Source of the DNA: Candidatus Zixiibacteriota bacterium
GTDB lineage: Bacteria > Zixibacteria > MSB-5A5 > SM1-73
Length of the DNA stretch: 28,339 nucleotides
Assembly: GCA_043810415.1 (NCBI GenBank)
Contig: JBDROD010000209.1
Coordinates: 1 to 28,339 of the forward strand
Direction of reading: 5' to 3'
Part shown: positions 1 to 6,568 of the stretch, piece after piece
Numbering within the stretch: position 1 is the first letter of the stretch
Layout of the letters: every line of letters begins with the position of its first letter
Program-made: the position numbers and the translations under genes
Notes under the pieces: generated by a model
The model's database searches: none
What the model was told of the DNA's origin: nothing
The model's input: only the letters and a program-made list of their open reading frames with translations

Positions 1-32
1 AGTTGAGATAATAAAATCCATTAAAGGTGTTT

Positions 33-1799
33 ATGCAGAATATCTTCGAAATCAAACCGGTTGCAGAAACCATGAAGACCCATCCCATTGAATGGGAAAA
101 AATATGGGATGAACTCCCGGTCGGGTTATTCAGAACTTCGAATCTGGGGAAACTGGAATATGCCAATCGTTTCTTTTCCAAGTGGCTGGAGGAGAACGAT
201 AGATCGGTCCCGGAAGGCAAAGATTCGATTCGCCTTCAAATTTCCCGGCTGGTCGACGACTGTGCAAAATCGGGCAGATCCGCTTGGGCCGAGATCGAAA
301 CTACGACAGAATCGGATACGATCATTCGAATATTCCCTTTCCATGCAGGTAAAGGAAGGTGGGAAGGGATGGTGGGTATGGTGGAGAATATCTCCTCTTC
401 GGCAAGCTATCAGGTTAGTCTGCACAAAAAGATAAAGGAACTGTCCATCCTGTGCGAGCTGAGCAAAGTATTGGGCAGCACCCTGAATCTGGAGGAGATC
501 CTCAACATCATCCTGACCGGGGTTACAGCCGGACAGGGATTGGGGTTCAACCGGGCTTTCCTCCTTCTTTTGAACCCGGCGGGAACGATTCTGGAGGGAA
601 AAATCGCCATTGGACCTTCCAACCCGGAAGAGGCTCAGAGGATCTGGAAATCTCTCTCGGATAAGGATCAATCTTTAGAGGAGGTGCTCAAATCATACAA
701 GAACGCTTTAAAGGAGAAGGACGTTTTGGTAAACCAGATGGTGAAGAGACTCAAAATTCCCCTTACCGATCGGAACAATCCGCTGATCAAATCCATGCTC
801 GATAAAAAAGCCCTCCATATCTCATGGGGAAAGGAGAGCGGTGACGAGGACTTGTTTGATCTGCTGCAGACGAATCAATTTGCAGTGGCTCCGCTGATAT
901 CCAAAGACAAGATGCTGGGGGTGATCATTGCCGACAACCTGATCAACCGGAAGCCGATTGAGGACGAGGCGGTCAAGCTTCTCTCCATATGCGCCCATAA
1001 CGCCTCCGCAGCGGTGGAAAGCTCGCAGCTTTATCAACAATTGGCCGATAAGGTGGACAAGCTGGCGGAAGCCAAGAGGAAGATCGCCGAGAGCACCCGG
1101 AGGCTCCTGAAGGTGGAGAGGCTGTCGGTTCTGGGCCAGATCACCTCACAGGTGGCACACGAGCTGAGAAATCCGCTGACCGTCATCGGAGGATTTGCCC
1201 ATTCGATCATGAAGAAAATGGACGTGCAAAATTCAGATTATGAGTTTGTGAAGATCATAGTTAAAGAGACCGAAAGAATGGAGAACATCTTGAACAACGT
1301 GCTTAACTTTTCGAAACCGGATAAGTTTAACTTAGAGATGGTCAATTTGAACGAACTGGTGGACCAGACCCTGGAGATGATGGAGTCGGAGATAGACTCC
1401 ACCAAGCTTTCGATAGTCAAAGCACCTGCACCGGATTTACCTTTGGTACAGGTGAATCCCGATTTAATCCGTCAGGCACTCTTGAACATTTTCCGCAATG
1501 CGGTCTGGGCCATGCCTCAAGGGGGGATACTCTCGGTCGCTACCAAGGCGGTCGATAAGATGGTAAGGATCGAGGTGAAAGACACCGGATTTGGCATCCC
1601 CTCCCAATATCAGGACAATGTCTTCGATGCTTTTTACACCACCAAACCGGATGCATGCGGGTTGGGTTTGACGGTGAGCGCGGAGATAATCAAAAATCAC
1701 GAAGGCAGGATCAGCGTGATCAGTCTAGCGGGGAAAGGCTCCACATTCAATATCGAACTCCCTTCAACCGAGGGAAACAAAGGGGAGGACTGCAGTTGA
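33..1799 (+). CDS. Sensor histidine kinase (PAS-like N-terminus, GAF, HisKA, HATPase_c)
   Basis: H-box SQVAHELRNPL, N-box QALLNIFRNA, G1 DTGFGI, F-box FDAFYTTK, G2 CGLGL. GAF region GLGFNRAFLLL. ATG at 33 follows AAAGG (ORF track starts at GTG 27). Confidence 0.9.
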   Translation: MQNIFEIKPVAETMKTHPIEWEKIWDELPVGLFRTSNLGKLEYANRFFSKWLEENDRSVPEGKDSIRLQISRLVDDCAKSGRSAWAEIETTTESDTIIRIFPFHAGKGRWEGMVGMVENISSSASYQVSLHKKIKELSILCELSKVLGSTLNLEEILNIILTGVTAGQGLGFNRAFLLLLNPAGTILEGKIAIGPSNPEEAQRIWKSLSDKDQSLEEVLKSYKNALKEKDVLVNQMVKRLKIPLTDRNNPLIKSMLDKKALHISWGKESGDEDLFDLLQTNQFAVAPLISKDKMLGVIIADNLINRKPIEDEAVKLLSICAHNASAAVESSQLYQQLADKVDKLAEAKRKIAESTRRLLKVERLSVLGQITSQVAHELRNPLTVIGGFAHSIMKKMDVQNSDYEFVKIIVKETERMENILNNVLNFSKPDKFNLEMVNLNELVDQTLEMMESEIDSTKLSIVKAPAPDLPLVQVNPDLIRQALLNIFRNAVWAMPQGGILSVATKAVDKMVRIEVKDTGFGIPSQYQDNVFDAFYTTKPDACGLGLTVSAEIIKNHEGRISVISLAGKGSTFNIELPSTEGNKGEDCS

Positions 1800-1935
1800 T
1801 TCTCCCATAAGGTTGGTATAAAGGGGAATCAATGATTAACTGCGGTGGTCCAATTCAATGAAGCGGGGAAAAAGTAAAATGCGATTTTACAGAGTGGAAA
1901 AATCGAAGTTCTCAAATTAAACCGGAGGTTATTAA

Positions 1936-2319
1936 ATGGAATCAAAACCTGAGTCGACACCGAGAATACCAACCATATTGGTGGTGGACGATGAGGATCA
2001 CATTCGCAAGCTCTACGAGAAAGAGCTTTCGGAAGAAGGGTATCAGGTGAGAACCACAAATAACGGGGAGGAGGCTTTGAACATAGCCCAGAGCCTGCCT
2101 TTGGATCTGGTGATTCTGGACATAAAGATGCAGGGGCAAAACGGGTTGGAAATCCTGAACGATCTGAAGAAAATAAACCAGAATACACCGGTGATCCTAA
2201 ACTCAGCCTATTCCACCTACAAGAGCGATTTCCAGTCCTGGTTAGCCGATGCCTACATGGTAAAATCACCGAACCTGCACGAGCTGAAGAAGAAGATAAG
2301 GGAACTGTTGAGTTTTTGA
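1936..2319 (+). CDS. Single-domain response regulator (receiver)
   Basis: ILVVDDE acidic pocket, phospho-acceptor LVILDIKM, Ser in NSAY, conserved Lys in YMVKS. GGAGG RBS. Confidence 0.92.
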   Translation: MESKPESTPRIPTILVVDDEDHIRKLYEKELSEEGYQVRTTNNGEEALNIAQSLPLDLVILDIKMQGQNGLEILNDLKKINQNTPVILNSAYSTYKSDFQSWLADAYMVKSPNLHELKKKIRELLSF

Positions 2320-2405
2320 AAAAGTGAAGCGGTTTATAATATTCTGATCTAATTCGGATCGCTGCGGATAACCGATCCGAGAAAACATAATCAACGAGGG
2401 AGTAT

Positions 2406-2807
2406 ATGATAAAATCGCAGGAGATAGAAAAAGCTTCGGATGTGTTGAAATCGTTGGATGAGCTTGCCACCCAGGCACAGGTCATGGCTTCAAATTTAGC
2501 CCACGTAGCTTCCCAGGCCAAAGAGACGGGGAATATTCCCACCCGGGTGTATGAGGACATTCTGAACCTGATCGACCAGACCGGACGCACCACGGCAGAT
2601 ATCGGCAAGACCATCCGGGTGGTGAAAATGGAGGTGGGGAGGCTTTACCGTCTTTCCCGTCACGGAGAGATAGAGTTGGAGAAAAACAGGGAACTGGTGG
2701 AGCGGGTCGAGCGTTCGCTGGAAGCGGTTCTAGGGGAGAGCCAGAGGGTTTTGTACATCATCAAGAAGCTGAAATCGGTATCAGCCAACAATAAATTGAT
2801 CTCCTAA
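2406..2807 (+). CDS. Hypothetical alpha-helical/coiled-coil protein (133 aa)
   Basis: GAGGGAG RBS before ATG, heptad-like helical pattern, co-oriented with neighbours. No family recognised. Confidence 0.7.
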   Translation: MIKSQEIEKASDVLKSLDELATQAQVMASNLAHVASQAKETGNIPTRVYEDILNLIDQTGRTTADIGKTIRVVKMEVGRLYRLSRHGEIELEKNRELVERVERSLEAVLGESQRVLYIIKKLKSVSANNKLIS

Positions 2808-2829
2808 AGGTAAAAATGCGGTCGAAGAG

Positions 2830-2856
2830 TTAAGGATTCAGAATTCCTTCCGATTC
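2830..2856 (+). promoter_or_regulatory. Putative sigma28-type promoter upstream of csrA (weaker match)
   Basis: TTAAGGAT-N11-TCCGATTC. CCGAT core and spacing match the stronger copies at 5512, 20891 and 26581. Confidence 0.4.
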
Positions 2857-2938
2857 AATTTAAGTGTAACTCATGATTCTCTTCGGCAACTTAAGAGTGG
2901 ATTTATCGGGCGTTATATGGTAATCCAAAGAGGGGGCT

Positions 2939-3271
2939 ATGCTGATATTAACCCGGAAATTGGGAGAAAGCGTTACCATCGGGGATGACATAAAGATCAC
3001 CGTTCTGGGAGTGCGCGGACGGCAGGTGCGTTTGGGAATAATCGCTCCCCAGAAAGTGACCATCCACCGAGAGGAGATATATTTCAGGATACAAGAGGAA
3101 AACAAGAGGGCGATCTTAAGTCCGCAGGAGGATGTTTCAAGGATCGCTGCAATACTGAATGAGAACCTACCGGTGCCGCTGGAGGAGGTTTCCAACTCCG
3201 ATTTTTCTGGTACAAAATCTGGAAACGAAAGAGGAATCCATAAAGGCGGCCGAGGAAAAGCAAGAGGATAG
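2939..3271 (+). CDS. csrA: Carbon storage regulator CsrA with extended C-terminus
   Basis: [49 protein letters not shown] is the CsrA signature. The IQEENKRA extension is typical of FliW-regulated CsrA. Confidence 0.96.
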   Translation: MLILTRKLGESVTIGDDIKITVLGVRGRQVRLGIIAPQKVTIHREEIYFRIQEENKRAILSPQEDVSRIAAILNENLPVPLEEVSNSDFSGTKSGNERGIHKGGRGKARG

Positions 3272-3274
3272 CAT

Positions 3275-3454
3275 ATGTTTTTCAAATCTAAGAACAGAAG
3301 CAAGGGTGAGGATTTGAATCGCAAGGTAGAGAAGTTCAGGAAATGGTGGCAGGATGAGTCTCAGGATATATCCATGGATCGATCCAAATCCAAAAAGCAC
3401 AAGCCTTATCCCAAATCGTCCCATTCAAGCTTCGTATATAACGACGAAACTTAA
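3275..3454 (+). CDS. Small basic hypothetical protein, 59 aa (MFFKSKNRSKGEDLNRKVEKFRKWWQDESQ...)
   Basis: ATG 3 nt after the csrA stop, GAGGA RBS at 3264-3268, open to TAA 3452-3454. Below the apparent length cutoff of the ORF track. Confidence 0.45.
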   Translation: MFFKSKNRSKGEDLNRKVEKFRKWWQDESQDISMDRSKSKKHKPYPKSSHSSFVYNDET

Positions 3455-3631
3455 GAAATTCAAAACTTAAAGAGCAAAATTCAAAATTGATTGAAATTTT
3501 GTTTGAGTGAATACCCCATGAATGGATTCAGGAAATGGAGTTCAAGCGGTATATCTATTATCAATCACGAGGTTCTATAAAGTCCTTAGTTTAAAATTAG
3601 GTAAATCATCGAATTGCTTCAGGGGGCTAGT

Positions 3632-4108
3632 ATGAAATGCATGACTGCCAGATTCGGCGAGATAAATTTTAAAGAAGCAGAAGTAATCAATTTTCCCAAG
3701 GGGATTTTAGGCTTTTCCCAGCTTATCCGTTACGTGATCCTGGAGAAGGAGGAGATTGCTCCTTTCAAATGGATTCAATCCGTCGAAGATCCGAACGTGG
3801 CTTTTGTGATTATGAATCCGGTGCAGTTCTTTCCGAACTACAAGCTGGAGATAAACGAAAAAGAGCTGGAGGAGCTGAATTACACCAACTCGCGCGATCT
3901 GATCGCTTACGTCATAGTCAATATTCCGCAGGATATATCTTTGGCTTCCGCCGATCTTTTAGGACCCTTGGTGATAAATTCCAAGAAGAGATTGGCCAAG
4001 CAGGCGGTCATGCCGGAAAGCCCATATACTACCAGGCATTATCTAATGGACGAACTCAGGAAGCGGGAAAGGCGGAAACAACTGGACCGAAAGAAAGCTT
4101 CGGTTTAA
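3632..4108 (+). CDS. fliW: Flagellar assembly factor FliW (CsrA antagonist)
   Basis: T.RFGEI...INFPKGILGF, F.WIQSVEDPNVAFVIMNP, ADLLGPLVIN are FliW motifs. Adjacent to csrA. ATG 3632 after AGGGGG. Confidence 0.93.
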   Translation: MKCMTARFGEINFKEAEVINFPKGILGFSQLIRYVILEKEEIAPFKWIQSVEDPNVAFVIMNPVQFFPNYKLEINEKELEELNYTNSRDLIAYVIVNIPQDISLASADLLGPLVINSKKRLAKQAVMPESPYTTRHYLMDELRKRERRKQLDRKKASV

Positions 4109-4256
4109 TTTAATCCCTTTATCTCACTTAAATATTTGTGGAGAATAAAGAGTATTTGCGATATCTGCCAATAAAATTCCTATTCCTTGCTAATCCCTTC
4201 TAGGATTTCTAATCAGTTGAAGAATTAGATTAATTCAAATTTTAGGGTGAGGTCTC

Positions 4257-5375
4257 TTGCAAATCAAAGATCGTCTGGAATCAAATTCAGATATGAAAGA
4301 AAGGCTAAGGAGAATAGCCACCTTCCCTGCCTCTAAAAGCTTATCTGAATCAAACCGAAAGAATTTACTTTCGCCTTTTGAAGAAGAAAAGATCAGCCTG
4401 ATTCTGGCTGAAGTTTCAAAAGCAAGAGAAATTTATGCAATTCCTCCGACCATTGCCAGAATTTATCTTTCCTCTGCCTGCTACCATAATTGTTCCGGCT
4501 GTTCATTTGCCCACAGCCAAATTGGAGACAAGGTATTTTTAAGCTCCGACCATTTTCGAAAACTGATCGATGATTTGCCTTCCATGAATATCAAGTTGAT
4601 AGATTTGACCGGCGGAGGGGAGCCTACCCTTCATCCCCAATTTATAGATTTCGTAAAGATGTGCATGAAACAGAAATTCCAATTGGCTCTTTTGAGCAAT
4701 GGCACCTGGAATGATCCCCGGTTGATCGATATTTTGGCAGACGGATTTTCTTTCATCCGGGTGAATCTGGATGCGAGCAGCGGAGAGGTTTATGACCAGA
4801 TTCATCGCCCTCCCTTTCGGGGCGAGTTCCAAAGGATGATGAATAATCTGGAAAAGACGATCTCGGAAAGGGAGAAGAGGAAATCGGGTTTGATCATCGG
4901 AGCCAAAGTCAGGCTCAATCAAGTCAATATGAATTACGTGGAAGGGATGATCACCTTAGCCAAAGATTTGGGGCTGGATTATATCCAGTTTCAAATCAAT
5001 CAAAATGATTTGGAAGCACTTCTTCCGGAGCAGAGAAAGAATGTCAATGAAATTCTCAATGAGCTCAAATACCCGCATCATTCGCAATCAATCTATGGTG
5101 AGTTTGAAGAAAAGGAAACCGGGGATAGGTGTTGGGCTTCTAACCTGCAACTGACCATAGATTCTTCAGGTGATGTGTATTCCTGTCCTCATTTCCTGGA
5201 TCAGACGGATGCTTCCCATTTAGGCAATTTCCTCAACCAAACCATGCATGACCTATGGTTGGGTTATGATCATAAACGTAGACTCAAACCTACCAGTATG
5301 AAGGCATGTCCCGTCGAAAATTGCCGATGGCGTTTCTATGACGATGTGATCCGTGAAAGAAACAAAACAAAATAA
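4257..5375 (+). CDS. Radical SAM protein with C-terminal SPASM/twitch domain
   Basis: CYHNCSGC (CxxxCxxC), GGGEPTLHP, RVNLDAS, C-terminal CWASNLQLTIDSSGDVYSCP...C...C. TTG start after GGTGAGG. Confidence 0.9.
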   Translation: MQIKDRLESNSDMKERLRRIATFPASKSLSESNRKNLLSPFEEEKISLILAEVSKAREIYAIPPTIARIYLSSACYHNCSGCSFAHSQIGDKVFLSSDHFRKLIDDLPSMNIKLIDLTGGGEPTLHPQFIDFVKMCMKQKFQLALLSNGTWNDPRLIDILADGFSFIRVNLDASSGEVYDQIHRPPFRGEFQRMMNNLEKTISEREKRKSGLIIGAKVRLNQVNMNYVEGMITLAKDLGLDYIQFQINQNDLEALLPEQRKNVNEILNELKYPHHSQSIYGEFEEKETGDRCWASNLQLTIDSSGDVYSCPHFLDQTDASHLGNFLNQTMHDLWLGYDHKRRLKPTSMKACPVENCRWRFYDDVIRERNKTK

Positions 5376-5511
5376 TACTGCTTTCCTTGATCTTTCAATT
5401 TTCCTGCAGTTATCGACCAATCATAATATTAACGGTTTCCTAATTCCCTTAAAGTCATATCGTCATAAGATAGGTCTGCTCTCTTCATTTGATTCAGACC
5501 ATTTATACGGG

Positions 5512-5538
5512 TAAAGTTTATAGCCACAAGGTCGATAA
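5512..5538 (+). promoter_or_regulatory. Sigma28 (FliA/SigD)-type promoter upstream of flgM
   Basis: TAAAGTTT-N11-GTCGATAA versus consensus TAAAGTTT-N11-GCCGATAA (one mismatch). Confidence 0.85.
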
Positions 5539-5706
5539 AAGTAATAGAGGATGAATTATGAATTTGTTATTTGTTTGAAAGAATAGAATTTGTTTAATTC
5601 GCAGTCCAAATAAACTAAAAATAACGGTATTACCATACAAGACAACGTCTTACCTCAATCAATTTAGAATTTAGCTTGATGTGCAAAAACTTGCACAGGA
5701 GAAAAC

Positions 5707-6015
5707 GTGTACGATAACAGCGGGAAATACAGATTTGAAGAAGAGGGGAAATCCGCTTATTTCTTGTCGGGAGGTAAAGAGACAAGAAATAGGATAAACC
5801 GATTGATTCCTACAACCAAGGATACAGGGAAAAAATCTAACCATCTTCCTTCTAAAAGCAGATCAAAAAAGAGCCAGATGGCATTCAGTCCAGATCCGAT
5901 TCGGGAGGATAAAGTTAAGGCCGCAAAGATAAAAAAACAGAGAGGGGATTACAGCAGCGAGGAGGTTTACCGAAAGATTGCAGACAGGCTGATGGATTTG
6001 TTCGGAATCAAATGA
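5707..6015 (+). CDS. flgM: Anti-sigma28 factor FlgM-like protein
   Basis: Small basic, disordered N-terminus. C-terminal IREDKVKAAKIKKQRGDYSSEEVYRKIADRL matches the FlgM pattern R..KV..lK..I..G.Y....iA..l. Preceded by a sigma28 promoter. Confidence 0.78.
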   Translation: MYDNSGKYRFEEEGKSAYFLSGGKETRNRINRLIPTTKDTGKKSNHLPSKSRSKKSQMAFSPDPIREDKVKAAKIKKQRGDYSSEEVYRKIADRLMDLFGIK

Positions 6016-6261
6016 TACATCGATCCAGCGGAGAGCCGATTAATTGCCGGATGCTCAGAAAATCCTGATATATCACTCAAATTAGAGCTATACCATAAAT
6101 TTTAGTGGGTTATAAAATCATTCATACCATTCCGCCAAAAGCGGAAAAGATTTCATTCTGGATTCTCGCAAACTTCTCCGTCTAATCCACACAGAAAAAG
6201 GCTGTCTGATCTGCTTATCCCGTCCGTATAAAACTTTTACTTCAAGCAGTTCAATTACATC

Positions 6262-6290
6262 TTGACAATGAAAGTGTATGAGAATATATT
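6262..6290 (+). promoter_or_regulatory. Sigma70-type promoter for the tRNA-Val/thrS operon
   Basis: TTGACA-N17-TATATT. Confidence 0.8.
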
Positions 6291-6332
6291 TACCTAGCTC
6301 TTTAGTATTTGTTAGGTTATGGGTGAAAAATT

Positions 6333-6475
6333 GAAGGTATAAGATCAAGGATTGATGGGCGATTAGCTCAGATGGTTAGAGTATCCCGCCGATGGCGGGA
6401 GGGTCGCATATTAGGTGATAGGTGGAAGGTATAAGATAAAGGATTGATGGGCGATTAGCTCAGATGGTTAGAGTA
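6333..6475 (+). repeat. Tandem direct repeat, 51-nt units at 6333-6383 and 6425-6475 (one mismatch), covering the tRNA leader and 5' half
   Basis: GAAGGTATAAGAT(C/A)AAGGATTGATGGGCGATTAGCTCAGATGGTTAGAGTA occurs twice, 92 nt apart. Confidence 0.95.
6357..6407 (+). pseudogene. Truncated tRNA copy (acceptor 5' strand and D arm of tRNA-Val, replaced anticodon arm, no T arm or 3' acceptor)
   Basis: Identical to tRNA-Val through the D arm, then a 17-nt hairpin TCCCGCCGATGGCGGGA, then GGGTCGC. No TTCGA T-loop and no CCA. Confidence 0.75.
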
Positions 6476-6525
6476 CTTGCTTGACATGCAAGGGGTCACT
6501 GGTTCGATTCCAGTATCGCCCACCA
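6449..6525 (+). tRNA. tRNA-Val(GAC)
   Basis: Acceptor GGGCGAT/ATCGCCC, D arm GCTC/GAGT, anticodon stem CTTGC/GCAAG with loop TTGACAT (GAC at 6483-6485), T arm CTGG-TTCGATT-CCAG, encoded CCA. Confidence 0.97.
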
Positions 6526-6568
6526 TATTAGATAACAAAAAGATTAAACAGCATACAGTAAACATAAG

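Noticed and set aside
1551-1558. GTCGATAA copy inside the kinase gene
   Set aside because: No TAAA/TAAG at the required spacing, and it lies in coding sequence.
3275-5375. RiPP cluster (59-aa peptide with KWWQD as the SPASM substrate)
   Set aside because: The peptide is separated from the enzyme by fliW, and no transporter, protease or RRE is seen. Kept only as a testable side idea.
5410-5417. Minus-strand GTCGATAA (possible antisense sigma28 promoter into the radical SAM gene)
   Set aside because: The -35 position reads ACCG, with no match.
6016-6042. TACA-N15-GCCGATTA after flgM
   Set aside because: Imperfect -35, no adjacent target gene, and the tRNA operon already has a clear sigma70 promoter.
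6357-6407. Calling the upstream copy a tRNA-Ile(GAT)
   Set aside because: The loop CCGATGG lacks U33 and a purine-37 context typical of real loops, and the T arm and 3' acceptor strand are missing.
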